From Thermoplasmata archaeon (GTDB lineage: Archaea; Thermoplasmatota; Thermoplasmata; Lutacidiplasmatales; UBA184): a DNA stretch of 64,000 bases. Below are positions 38,093 to 47,108 of the stretch, piece by piece (position 1 is the stretch's first letter; every line of letters starts with the position of its first letter). The notes under the pieces were generated by a model. The model worked only from the letters and a program-made list of their open reading frames with translations, had not been told where the DNA came from and made no database searches. The stretch covers positions 53,442 through 117,441 of the forward strand of contig JAKIVX010000002.1 of assembly GCA_022750335.1 (NCBI GenBank), in the 5' to 3' direction. The position numbers and the translations under genes are program-made.

Positions 38093-38734
38093 CTAAGGAC
38101 ACGTCGTGGCCGTCTGGCAGTTGTTCATCGTGACGACGATGTCGCTCACGGACGGCAACTCGGTGGACGGAACTCCCAGATCGACATAGAGGCCGACGCT
38201 GAAGACCGCCGTCCCGACGGTCGTCGCCGAATTCGAATCAAAGTAACCGTTCCCGAAGGCGTAGACATTGGGCCCGGCGGGGAGGTTGTAGATGATCTCC
38301 ACCTGCACATCGAACCCGACCGCTGCGGTCGTGGGTTGGTTCATGGTGAGCATGACCTGAAGAGCCGAGTCGCCGAGGAACAGCGCCGCCGAACCCGCCA
38401 CCGCGGAGAAATTTTCCCCGCAACCGGTGCCCGCGCAGGCGGTGAGGAGGACGTTCTCATCGAACGTGGAGTTTAGTCCGTGCCCGGTGCCCTGAGCCTG
38501 GGTTCCGGCGGGGCCGTCGAGGCCCGTGATGAGGACTCCTGACACGCTGAGGAGCTGGGTCGATTCGACCGACGCGACGATAAAACCGGTGGGCGCCGTC
38601 ACGGTAATGCTCGAACTCTGCGTCGGTCCCGTGGTCTGCAGAGTACCCGCCGCCAAGGTCCAGCCGCCGGCGAGAGCCAACACGGCGATCACCGTGGCCG
38701 CGTAGACAGTTCTTCGAGCAATCGGTCCGCTCAT
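38093..38734 (-). CDS. Secreted protein with N-terminal signal/anchor (possible RR motif), hypothetical
   Basis: Start at the internal ATG (MSGPIARRTVYAATVIAVLALAGG...). Thr/Ser/Gly-rich beta-type ectodomain with two CxxxC-like cysteine pairs near the centre and C-terminus. Confidence 0.4.
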   Translation of the reverse strand: MSGPIARRTVYAATVIAVLALAGGWTLAAGTLQTTGPTQSSSITVTAPTGFIVASVESTQLLSVSGVLITGLDGPAGTQAQGTGHGLNSTFDENVLLTACAGTGCGENFSAVAGSAALFLGDSALQVMLTMNQPTTAAVGFDVQVEIIYNLPAGPNVYAFGNGYFDSNSATTVGTAVFSVGLYVDLGVPSTELPSVSDIVVTMNNCQTATTCP

Positions 38735-38771
38735 CGATCCACACCCGTTGGGAAAAACAATGGCGAATCTA

Positions 38772-38783
38772 CGTATTAATACG
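38772..38783. promoter_or_regulatory. Perfect palindrome CGTATTAATACG (a TATA-like element that reads the same on both strands) between divergent genes (38734 minus-strand start and 38856 plus-strand start)
   Basis: A second TATA-like GTATAACA at 38824..38831 lies about 28 nt upstream of the + gene. Confidence 0.35.
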
Positions 38784-38855
38784 CAAGGGTCGCGTCGCTT
38801 TCGAGCACATTTCGCACCGGTTCGTATAACACTCGGCTGGGTCCGGGTCGATACT

Positions 38856-39524
38856 ATGAAAGGGAGGGCGGAGCCATTCTCCGTCGCATTGAGCCCCACG
38901 TCCCGGTCCGAGCCCGCAACCGCACCCGATCCGACCCGATGGTGGACGACTTCTGAGTTCCGCCGCAGCCTGCCTCTGTTCATCGCTGCGGCGATCTTCT
39001 TCGGGACGGGGATCCTCCTCCGATTTGGATTCCCCGCGGACGCCAACTACGGTCCGGGGGTGTTCGCGTTCTGGGCCCTGCTTCTCGCGTTGGGATTTAC
39101 CTGCACGATCGGAGGCGTCATCTCCTGGACGCTTGCGGGGGACGCGAAAGCCCCGACCGCGGAACCCGAGCCCTCCGCACCCCCTCCCGCCTACCTGCCC
39201 ATCGACTTCCCCGAACCCACTGCAAAGGCATCCGCTCCGGCCGAGGCTCGGTCCTACCGCTCCCGTCCGGTATTCGGCCGTCCCTCCCCCGAAGTTCGTC
39301 CCGTCGGGGTCTCCGGAGATTTCTACGAAGGACCCACGGACTCCGAGCGTTTCGAGGGACCGTCGTACGTCCTTCCTATCGATGTCGCGCCGCTCGCGGA
39401 TCCCGAGCCGACCGCTTCTCCGGCGACGAGCGCCGAACCCGTGGAAGAGGTCCTGGCCGACCTCGAGCGGATCGAGCGGGACCTCGCGCCACGGGCGCGA
39501 GCGGTCGAGCCCTCCTCGACGTAG
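38856..39524 (+). CDS. Membrane protein with a Pro/Glu-rich cytoplasmic or extracellular tail, hypothetical
   Basis: Two TM helices followed by PEPTAxP-type low-complexity repeats. Start at ATG 38856. Confidence 0.4.
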   Translation: MKGRAEPFSVALSPTSRSEPATAPDPTRWWTTSEFRRSLPLFIAAAIFFGTGILLRFGFPADANYGPGVFAFWALLLALGFTCTIGGVISWTLAGDAKAPTAEPEPSAPPPAYLPIDFPEPTAKASAPAEARSYRSRPVFGRPSPEVRPVGVSGDFYEGPTDSERFEGPSYVLPIDVAPLADPEPTASPATSAEPVEEVLADLERIERDLAPRARAVEPSST

Positions 39525-39567
39525 ACCAGAGGCCACCTGTTAAGAGGCGGCCCGGGAGTTTGCCACC

Positions 39568-40179
39568 GTGGTGCTCGTCCCGCTCGGGTCCGTCGACGTG
39601 AGTTCGCTCCGATGGCTTCGCACCCTCAACAGTCCCGCGGGATTCACCCTGTACTCGGGGGATCGGCCGGTCGCCGAGGTCACCTGGGCCAGCGCGAACG
39701 GCTCTCGCGCATTGGCGACGACCGCGGAGGGTCGATGGACCCTGAAGCGGGCCGGGTTTCTGCTTCCCCATCTCACGCTGCGCGTCGAGGGAGCGCCGAA
39801 CGACGCCGCGCGGATCACGCTACACGCCGATATTCGGGCCGACCTCGCCCGGACCGAGGTCACCGCGGGTCGGATCGGCGACAACTATCATCGGGTCGAT
39901 TTCGTCGCGGGCCCCCAGTTTCGTTTCAGCCGGACCGGGGTGCAGACGCCGGCCTGGCGGGTCCGCACGGACGCGGGCGTCGAAGTCGCCCACATCGAAC
40001 CGTTGCGAGAGGGTCGGACGCTGACCTCGGCCGCGGTCATCGTCACTCCCGAAGGTAGCGGGCATCCCGAACTCCTGGCGGTGCTCGTCTTCACGTGGTA
40101 CTTCATCGTGCTCGCTTGGTTCGAGGACGAGATCCTCGCCCCGCTCGAGCGGATGATGTCCGACCTCGAACGACGGTAG
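39568..40179 (+). CDS. Hypothetical protein with a C-terminal hydrophobic helix
   Basis: 203 aa with normal composition and no motif match. Confidence 0.4.
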   Translation: MVLVPLGSVDVSSLRWLRTLNSPAGFTLYSGDRPVAEVTWASANGSRALATTAEGRWTLKRAGFLLPHLTLRVEGAPNDAARITLHADIRADLARTEVTAGRIGDNYHRVDFVAGPQFRFSRTGVQTPAWRVRTDAGVEVAHIEPLREGRTLTSAAVIVTPEGSGHPELLAVLVFTWYFIVLAWFEDEILAPLERMMSDLERR

Positions 40180-40191
40180 CGCGGTCGACCG

Positions 40192-40341
40192 TCACGCCGG
40201 TGGGATCGACTGCTTCTTCCACTCGACGAAGCAGGCGCTGCAGAGGTTGTGCATGTGGGCTCCGTCTCCTTCCAGGACCGCGGTGGTCCGGGTGATCGTC
40301 GCCTGGCACCGGTCGCAGATGATCTGACCGTCTCGGATCAT
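40192..40341 (-). CDS. Small zinc-ribbon protein (about 49 aa)
   Basis: MIRDGQIICDRCQATI...HNLCSACFVEWKK has two CxxC motifs. Confidence 0.3.
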   Translation of the reverse strand: MIRDGQIICDRCQATITRTTAVLEGDGAHMHNLCSACFVEWKKQSIPPA

Positions 40342-40407
40342 GCGGGGGGGCACCGACCTCGCTCGAATAGCTCGGCAGCGTACTAAACGGGCATGTCGTG
40401 CCCGCAC

Positions 40408-41466
40408 CTACACCGGCGCCAAGGCGCGCACGAGTCGGGGGATCATGACGTCGTACCGGGGAACCGAATCGCCGTGGATCCCGTCAAACTCCTCGTGGTC
40501 GACCCGACCACCCTGAGCTCGGGCTTCCGCCGCGAAGATCCGGGCGCCCACGTCGAGGCCGAACTCGTCCCGCGTGCCCCCGTCGACATACACGTATCGA
40601 AGTTGGCGGAGCGCGGCAGCGTACCGAGACGTACGGACCATCCGCACCGGATCCCACGCGAGCCACCGGTTCCACACGTCCTCGCGAACCGCCCCCGTCG
40701 TGAGGTCGAACGGAAGGTCGAACTCGCCGGGACGGTCCGGGACGGGTGAGTAGCAGGACGCATACGCCATCAATTCGAACGCCATCACCTGCGGGTTCGA
40801 CGGGGCGAAATTGCTGGTCGGTTCCGAGAGCATGAGCCGCAGGAGGGCCTCGGGACCCCCGATGCGGCGGAGGGCCCGGAAGGCCAGGGGAAACGCCGGC
40901 AGGTAGGTGTATTCGAAGTAGGCGTCCCCGGCGTTCGAGCCGGCCGCCGAGAACAGCTCCGGGTGCCGGAGGGCGAGCACGAGCGCGCCGAATCCGCCGC
41001 TGGACGTCCCAAGCGTCGCGGTGGGTCCGGTCCCGTATTTCCGTTGGACCCAGGGCAGGACCTCCTCGACGATGTAATCCTCGTACGGTCCCGTGGCCGT
41101 GGAATTGAGATACTGGCTCCCGCCCAGGCTCGTCACGGCGTCCGGGGCGACCAGAACCGCCTCCGGGACGGCCCCCGTGCGGATCAAGTGGTCGAGGCGG
41201 CGAACGATCGTGCTCCGGAGGAACAGCGGCCGGTTGAAGTGGTACCAACCCGATCCCGTGTACCCGGACAGAAGGACGAGGAGCGGTCGGCCTTCGGTCT
41301 TTCCCGAGGGTGGTAGGTAGACCGGAAGGTCCCGAACGCTCGGGTCTCCCCAAGGATTTCCCACCAACCGGGTGCTCTCGAACCGATGGACCTCGACCGA
41401 ACCGGCGAGCGGAGCCGGAAAAACCTTCTCGCTGCGTGACCCTACGGGAACGGAGATCGACATCAT
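40408..41466 (-). CDS. Esterase (alpha/beta-hydrolase, putative esterase/enterochelin-esterase-like family)
   Basis: Start at MMSISV (complement of 41461..41466). GxSxG nucleophile elbow ...LGTSSGGFGAL..., ...LLVLLSGYTGSGW.... Confidence 0.7.
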   Translation of the reverse strand: MMSISVPVGSRSEKVFPAPLAGSVEVHRFESTRLVGNPWGDPSVRDLPVYLPPSGKTEGRPLLVLLSGYTGSGWYHFNRPLFLRSTIVRRLDHLIRTGAVPEAVLVAPDAVTSLGGSQYLNSTATGPYEDYIVEEVLPWVQRKYGTGPTATLGTSSGGFGALVLALRHPELFSAAGSNAGDAYFEYTYLPAFPLAFRALRRIGGPEALLRLMLSEPTSNFAPSNPQVMAFELMAYASCYSPVPDRPGEFDLPFDLTTGAVREDVWNRWLAWDPVRMVRTSRYAAALRQLRYVYVDGGTRDEFGLDVGARIFAAEARAQGGRVDHEEFDGIHGDSVPRYDVMIPRLVRALAPV

Positions 41467-41584
41467 TGCCCCGAGGCTGCGGGGGGTCTTGACCCTGCGG
41501 TGGACAGCACCGAGAGGACCGAGGGCAACTCGCGGGAGGGCGCCAACCGAATGAGGCCCGGAGGAATGGGGGGCCGGGAGCCGC

Positions 41585-41950
41585 ATGGAGCTGCTGGGTC
41601 CGGAGTCCTTCGAAGGACAGCGCCTGCTCCGTCCCGGCACGTGGGTGGTGAATTTCTCCGCGGACTGGTGCCCGTTCTGCGAGCAGTTTCTTCCCACGTT
41701 CGCTTCCCTCGAAGGGACGGGGGAGTTTCAGGTCGCGATCGGGGACCTCACGGATCTCGAGAGCCCGTTGTGGGATCGGTTCGACCTGGCCGTAACGCCC
41801 ACGCTCATCGCCTTCCGAGAGGGGATGGTCGTCTTTCGCGCAGACGGACGGCGCGGGATCGGACTGGGCCAAGACGCGGTCCGAGCGGCCCGGGCTGCAC
41901 TGGCCCCGGGCTCGGGCCGGCCCTCGAGTTCGCCCGGCCCCCGTCCTTAA
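41585..41950 (+). CDS. Thioredoxin-like protein
   Basis: ...WVVNFSADWCPFCEQFLP... is a CxxC active site in thioredoxin-fold context. Confidence 0.65.
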   Translation: MELLGPESFEGQRLLRPGTWVVNFSADWCPFCEQFLPTFASLEGTGEFQVAIGDLTDLESPLWDRFDLAVTPTLIAFREGMVVFRADGRRGIGLGQDAVRAARAALAPGSGRPSSSPGPRP

Positions 41951-41973
41951 GGGTCCTCCCAACTTCCCGTCGG

Positions 41974-42816
41974 ATGATGTCGAAAGGGCCTCCGGCTCCG
42001 GGGCGTGGGCACCCCGTCGCTCTCGTCACGGGCGGCGGTACTGGGATCGGGCGGGCCATCGCCGCCGCGTTCGCCGACGAGGGGTACGACCTCGCGATCG
42101 CTAGCCGATCGGCCGCCCACCTCGAAGAAGGCGCCCAGCTACTCTCCCGGGGTGGTGCCCGGGTCGTGACGATTCCCACTGACGTCCGGGAGTCCGACCA
42201 GGTGGAGCGGATGATCGAGCGGGTCCGATCCGAATTCGGCCGGCTCGACGTGTTGGTGAACAATGCCGCGGGCAACTTCGTCGCCCCCGCCGAGCGGATC
42301 ACGCCGAACGGGTGGCGCGCCGTGGTCGGCATCGTCCTGGATGGGACCTTCCTCTGTTCTCGGGCGAGCTTTCCTCTCCTGAAAGAGGCCCCGTCGCCCT
42401 CGATCGTCAATATCCTGGCCTCGTACGCCTGGATGGCGGGTCCGGGGACCGCGCACTCAGCCTCGGCGAAGGCGGGAGTACTGGCCCTCACCCGTACGCT
42501 CGCGGTGGAGTGGGCCCGGTATCGCATCCGCGTGAACGCCGTCGCACCGGGCCCCATCCGGACCGAAGGAACCGATCGGCAGTTGTGGGTGTCACCGACC
42601 GTCGTCGAGCGGATCCGGAAAGGAGTACCCATGGGCCGGTTTGGTACCGTAGAGGAAGTAGCCGAGGCGGTCCGATTCCTCGCTGGCCCCAAGGCGTCGT
42701 ACATCACCGGTCAGGTGCTCCCGGTCGACGGAGGGCAGTGGCTCGGCAAGGGCGTTCTCGAGCTGTTCGAGGAAGGAAGTGACGCCCCCCCTCATGCAGA
42801 GAACCGACCGGATTGA
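41974..42816 (+). CDS. SDR-family oxidoreductase (short-chain dehydrogenase/reductase)
   Basis: ALVTGGGTGIGRAIA (TGxxxGxG), NNAG, and catalytic S...YxxxK (...SYAWMAGPGTAHSASAKAG...). Confidence 0.85.
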   Translation: MMSKGPPAPGRGHPVALVTGGGTGIGRAIAAAFADEGYDLAIASRSAAHLEEGAQLLSRGGARVVTIPTDVRESDQVERMIERVRSEFGRLDVLVNNAAGNFVAPAERITPNGWRAVVGIVLDGTFLCSRASFPLLKEAPSPSIVNILASYAWMAGPGTAHSASAKAGVLALTRTLAVEWARYRIRVNAVAPGPIRTEGTDRQLWVSPTVVERIRKGVPMGRFGTVEEVAEAVRFLAGPKASYITGQVLPVDGGQWLGKGVLELFEEGSDAPPHAENRPD

Positions 42817-43000
42817 TCCGGTCGAACTGGTTCGCGGGAATCATCGATCGAGATCGATCAGCGGTTCCGGCCGGCATGCTGCGGAGGAGACCCACTTGGC
42901 GAGGCGCCGGCTCGAGCCCGTCACGGCTAGAACGTTCGGCACAAACAACGGATCGACGTGTCAGCGCCCACCGGAACCGGCGCCGACCCACGGCGTGGTT

Positions 43001-43831
43001 TCAGTGGGAAGGCACGTTCCGTTCCAGCAGGAACGAGAGCAGGACGCCGCAGTATTCCGAGGGGTGGGTGACCTGGGGGGCGTGACCAGCCCCTGGTAGC
43101 TCGAGCTCGGTCGAGTTCGTGAGCGTCGCCACGAGCAACTGTAGTACATCTCGGAGGAACGGCGGGCTTTGGCCGCCCGACGTCAGCAGGACCGGGAGGA
43201 GGAGCTCGGAGAGTTGGGACGCCGGAGGGCGGAGAGAGTCGGGGTCCCCGTACTCGATGACCCAACGGTCCATGTGGGCCGCGAACTCGACCCGGACGGG
43301 TTCGGGCAAGCGCTCCCATGCGCCGGGCGTTGTCGAGAAGACCTCCACGACCACTTTCGCAGCCGCGGCCGAATCTCCCCTGGCCACGAGTTCCACGATC
43401 TGTCCGATCCCGTCCAGGAACCGTCGTCCTAGGTCGGCCGTCGCCGGCGCCTCCGCCAGGAGGCCGAACAACGGGGGCTCGTGGATCGAGAGGCTGCGAA
43501 CGAGTTCAGGCCGTTCGGCCGCCAGCCGGAACGCGACCGGTCCGCCGTAGGAGTGCGTGATCAGGTGCACGGGATAGAGGTCGAGCGACTCGAGCAACGC
43601 GGCGAGATCTTCAGTGTCGTTGGCGACCGGTCGCTCGCTCGGTCCGGGGGAACTTCGGCCGAACCCCTTCCGGTCGTACTGGAGGACCGTCAGGCTCTGG
43701 GAAAGGATCGGCGTGACGCGCGACCAGGTGGTGTGGTCGACCAACGACCCGTGGACGAGGACCGCGGGGTCGCCGGAGCTCCCTACGAGCTCGTAGTACA
43801 GGTCCCCCCCGCGGATACGCGCGATTGACAT
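43001..43831 (-). CDS. Alpha/beta-fold hydrolase
   Basis: Start at MSIARI (complement of 43829..43831). ...VLVHGSLVDHTTW..., nucleophile elbow ...ITHSYGGPVA.... Confidence 0.75.
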   Translation of the reverse strand: MSIARIRGGDLYYELVGSSGDPAVLVHGSLVDHTTWSRVTPILSQSLTVLQYDRKGFGRSSPGPSERPVANDTEDLAALLESLDLYPVHLITHSYGGPVAFRLAAERPELVRSLSIHEPPLFGLLAEAPATADLGRRFLDGIGQIVELVARGDSAAAAKVVVEVFSTTPGAWERLPEPVRVEFAAHMDRWVIEYGDPDSLRPPASQLSELLLPVLLTSGGQSPPFLRDVLQLLVATLTNSTELELPGAGHAPQVTHPSEYCGVLLSFLLERNVPSH

Positions 43832-44317
43832 GCAGCCTTCGTGCCCGCGTCGCCGCAGGGCCCGGGGGGGCAGCCGGTCCGCCGCATTAGGGGCGCGGGG
43901 GGCAGGACGGTCCGAAGGGCTTAGGCGCGTCCGCGTGCTGAGCCGCGGGTAGCTCGATGGTCGCCTCTCGCCCGCCCACACCGCTGCCGGATTGGCCGCG
44001 CTCATGAGCGCGATATTCCAGCGCCCGCTGTGCGACATGGGCAAGGCCTACGACTACAGTTTTCGTCCGCTGATCGGAGATCCGGACGCCGGCTCCGGGG
44101 GTGGGTGTGATGAACGGCCCCATCGCGTCGAGCTCTTCTCCGCGGGGACCGACCCGGTTGCCGACCCGTTGCAGTGGCGAGGGTTCGGGCTCTGCGCGGA
44201 GCACGAATCCCAGCTTCGAGGGTTCGATGCGAAGGTACAAGCACGAGGACTGCGTTCGCGGTTTCGACCCGGGAGCGCCGCCGCGCCGGCGTCGGTGCCC
44301 CACGGGAGGTCGCGCGC

Positions 44318-45169
44318 ATGACGGAGCATCCCCCCGATCGGCTGGACGCCGGGTTTCGGTTGAACGACGAACATACGATCCCGTGCGTCGGTCTTGGGGT
44401 GTTCCAGTCCCAGCCAGGATCCGTCACCCAACAGGCCGTCCAGTGGGCGCTGGAAGCGGGCTACCGGATGATCGATACGGCCTCGATGTACCAGAACGAG
44501 GCTGATGTCGGCGCAGGGGTGCGCGCGAGCGGGCTTCCCCGCAAGGACGTCTTCGTGACCACCAAGCTCTGGCACTCGGACCACGGCTACGAGGCCTCGC
44601 AGAAGGCATTCTATGCGAGCCTTCGTCGTCTGGGGCTCGAATACATCGACCTCTACCTGATCCATTGGCCCCGCGCTCCGTCCCCGACCGTCCGCCTCGA
44701 GTCCTGGAAGGGGCTCGTGAAACTCCAGAACGACGGTCTCTGCCGCAGCATCGGGGTCAGCAACTACACCGTGCGCCACCTGCAGGAACTCCTCGACGCT
44801 TCGGAGACCGTGCCAGCGGTGAACCAGGTCGAGTTCCACCCGTTCGTCTACGACCCGCGGCTGCTCGCCTTCTGTACGGAAAACGGGATCCGGCTCGAGG
44901 CCTGGTCTCCGATCACCCGGGGGAAGATGTTCGACCATCCGGTCGTCGCCGAGACCGCAACGGCCCACGGTCGGACCCCGGCCCAGGTGATGCTCCGATG
45001 GGGCCTGCAACATGGCGTGGTCGAGATCCCCAAATCCATCCACCGGGACCGCATCGTCGAGAACAGCCGAGTGTTCGATTTCTCTCTAACCGACTCCGAA
45101 ATGGAAGCGTTCGACCACCTCCAGGGCGGCCCGCGCGTGGGGGCCTGGAACCCCGCCGACATCCCCTGA
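44318..45169 (+). CDS. Aldo/keto reductase (2,5-diketo-D-gluconate reductase-like)
   Basis: ...GLGVFQ...EAGYRMIDTASMYQNE...VFVTTKLW...IDLYLIHWP...IGVSNY.... Confidence 0.85.
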   Translation: MTEHPPDRLDAGFRLNDEHTIPCVGLGVFQSQPGSVTQQAVQWALEAGYRMIDTASMYQNEADVGAGVRASGLPRKDVFVTTKLWHSDHGYEASQKAFYASLRRLGLEYIDLYLIHWPRAPSPTVRLESWKGLVKLQNDGLCRSIGVSNYTVRHLQELLDASETVPAVNQVEFHPFVYDPRLLAFCTENGIRLEAWSPITRGKMFDHPVVAETATAHGRTPAQVMLRWGLQHGVVEIPKSIHRDRIVENSRVFDFSLTDSEMEAFDHLQGGPRVGAWNPADIP

Positions 45170-45269
45170 AGGACCCTCGTCGGGGTCGCACCGTGGGGCC
45201 CTTCCCCTCGCCAGAGGGGGTTCGAATTTGCCGCCCCCCACGTGCCTTAATATATTCAGCCTCGTAGAG

Positions 45270-45563
45270 ATGTTTGGTTCAGCCATGGTCAGTGTCGAGG
45301 TAGCCCACGAGAAGTGCACGGGATGCACCCACTGCCGAGATGTTTGCCCCGTGACCGTGTTCGAGATGCAGCCTCGCGAGAACTGGCCGGACGTCGTCGA
45401 CGACGCGAACGTCGCGGCGAAGTTCCAGTTCCGCGCCGAGAAATCCGCCGTGATCCACGGCCCGGACTGCATCATGTGCGAGGCGTGCCTGTTCGAGTGC
45501 GAAGGCGAGTGCATCACCATCGTCGATGACGAGGGCACCGTGCACAAGTCGACGTACAAGTAG
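45270..45563 (+). CDS. 4Fe-4S ferredoxin (2 x [4Fe-4S])
   Basis: CTGCTHCRDVCP and CIMCEACLFEC cluster motifs. Confidence 0.8.
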   Translation: MFGSAMVSVEVAHEKCTGCTHCRDVCPVTVFEMQPRENWPDVVDDANVAAKFQFRAEKSAVIHGPDCIMCEACLFECEGECITIVDDEGTVHKSTYK

Positions 45564-45643
45564 GCCGGTCGTCCTTCGCCGGCCGTCGCCGAGTTCCTTT
45601 GATCCTTCCCGTTCGGGAAGGGTGGGTCCCGTTCCGGGGACCG

Positions 45644-46627
45644 TTACACCGTGGTTAGGATCGGTCGGTAGAACGCCGTCCGGACGAGCGCCGGTCCGCC
45701 GGCGGCGGGAAAGCGCACCCGGACCGCCTGGCATCGACCGAAGGCGGTGAATTCGAGTGAGTACCAGATGGCCTCCCAGTCGCCGCCGGGGCGCTCGAAC
45801 GCCTCGCCGAAATGGTAGGTGAGGTCCATCATGCGGCTGGCCTTGCGCGCGGGCGCGTACGACCAGTCGAGGGCCTCCGCCGCCGAGTGCGGCGGGGTCG
45901 GGTGCGGGCCCCCCTCGAGCGACCCCTCGACCGTGAACGGACCGGCGGTCAGCCCCCGGCCCAGCCGATAGCGGGCCCAGGTCGTTCGGACGTGCGTGCC
46001 GTCCCGCCGCTCGGAGAGTAGCAACCACCGGAACGGGTTGCCGGTCGGTACGGGGACGGCGTCGGGCGCGAGCGCCGGCAGGTGGCGGGTGATGAAGTAC
46101 CGCCCCGCGAGTCGGATGCCGATGTAGGCCCCGTAGAACACCATGAGGCCGTAGACCGTAGCGAGGTACACGTCGAACGCGACATGGTTGCGCTCGACGC
46201 CGAGGAGGAGGTAGAAGGCCCCCACCGAGACCGCGAGGGTGAGGAAGTTGATGGCCCGGTCGGCGTCCAGTTCGAGCTTCCTCTCGGAGAAGGGGAGGAA
46301 CGGAGGCACGGAGAAGTGGGTGAACCCGTCCCCGAGGATGTGGGCGATCCCGCCCGCTTCCATCACGAGGAAGTAGATGAGGGCCGAGCCCGGAGCGAGG
46401 AGCGGTGCGACGATCGCCCCGACGAGGGCGACCACGGTGACGCCGAAGAGGGAGTGGGTGATCCCGTGGTGGCGGAGGATCGGCCAGCGCTTGGCCAACG
46501 GGAAGAAGAGCGCATCCGCGTCCGGGATCCCTCCGGCGAGGGCGCCCGCTGCGAGGTAGGACGGGTTGGGCCCGACGAGCCCGAACGTGAGCAGGTAGGC
46601 CAGTAGAACGTGGGTGAACAGGTCCAC
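45644..46627 (-). CDS. Membrane-bound metal-dependent hydrolase (YdjM/DUF457 family)
   Basis: N-terminal MDLFTHVLLAYLL... plus ...HHGITHSL... and ...HILGDGFTH... His clusters in a polytopic membrane protein. Confidence 0.6.
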   Translation of the reverse strand: MDLFTHVLLAYLLTFGLVGPNPSYLAAGALAGGIPDADALFFPLAKRWPILRHHGITHSLFGVTVVALVGAIVAPLLAPGSALIYFLVMEAGGIAHILGDGFTHFSVPPFLPFSERKLELDADRAINFLTLAVSVGAFYLLLGVERNHVAFDVYLATVYGLMVFYGAYIGIRLAGRYFITRHLPALAPDAVPVPTGNPFRWLLLSERRDGTHVRTTWARYRLGRGLTAGPFTVEGSLEGGPHPTPPHSAAEALDWSYAPARKASRMMDLTYHFGEAFERPGGDWEAIWYSLEFTAFGRCQAVRVRFPAAGGPALVRTAFYRPILTTV

Positions 46628-46642
46628 AGCCCGGCGAAGGGC

Positions 46643-46909
46643 CTAGAGCAGGCCCTCTTCCATCACCTCGACCGATTCCACGTGCGGCACCTTGGCGAGC
46701 GCATGTTCGACCGATTCGAGGACCCCGCCGGTGTCGGGCATCACGACCGAGACGAGCAGGGCCTTCAACCCGAAGGCGATGTCCTTGACCTGCATCCCCC
46801 GGAGGGTGACCCCGGAAGGGAGGGTCGCGTGGACGGCCTTGGCCACGCCTTCCATGTCGGTCTCGACGCCCTGGGGCATTAGTCGGAAGAGGACCGCCAC
46901 CTGTCCCAT
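46643..46909 (-). CDS. ef1b: Elongation factor 1-beta (aEF-1beta)
   Basis: Start at the internal ATG (MGQVAVLFRLMPQGVETDME...), 88 aa, aligning along its length to archaeal EF-1beta. Confidence 0.8.
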   Translation of the reverse strand: MGQVAVLFRLMPQGVETDMEGVAKAVHATLPSGVTLRGMQVKDIAFGLKALLVSVVMPDTGGVLESVEHALAKVPHVESVEVMEEGLL

Positions 46910-46917
46910 TGGCGCTC

Positions 46918-47091
46918 CTAGGGCCCATCGAAGCCGCACTTCGGGCAGGCGTATCCGACGGATTGGTCCCGGCACCGGGTACAGCGGCCGATCACGGCCT
47001 CCCCGCACTGGGGGCAGGGGAACTGGGTCGCGCCCGGGCTCGGTACGGCCCGGCCGCAGGAGGTGCATCGCAGGTCAGTGGTGGACTGCAT
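46918..47091 (-). CDS. Zn-ribbon protein conserved upstream of aEF-1beta (COG2888-like)
   Basis: [16 protein letters not shown]...[31 protein letters not shown] has four CxxC motifs and sits in the conserved archaeal position immediately upstream of ef1b. Confidence 0.55.
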   Translation of the reverse strand: MQSTTDLRCTSCGRAVPSPGATQFPCPQCGEAVIGRCTRCRDQSVGYACPKCGFDGP

Positions 47092-47108
47092 GGGAGGGTG
47101 CGACGGGC

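Noticed and set aside
45214-45239. GGGGGTTCGAATTTGCCGCCCCCC, a hairpin with a TTCGAAT motif that resembles a tRNA T-arm
   Set aside because: The loop is about 13 nt between the G5 and C5 arms, not a 7-nt T-loop, and there is no remaining tRNA structure. More likely a GC-clamped hairpin in the AKR/ferredoxin intergenic region.
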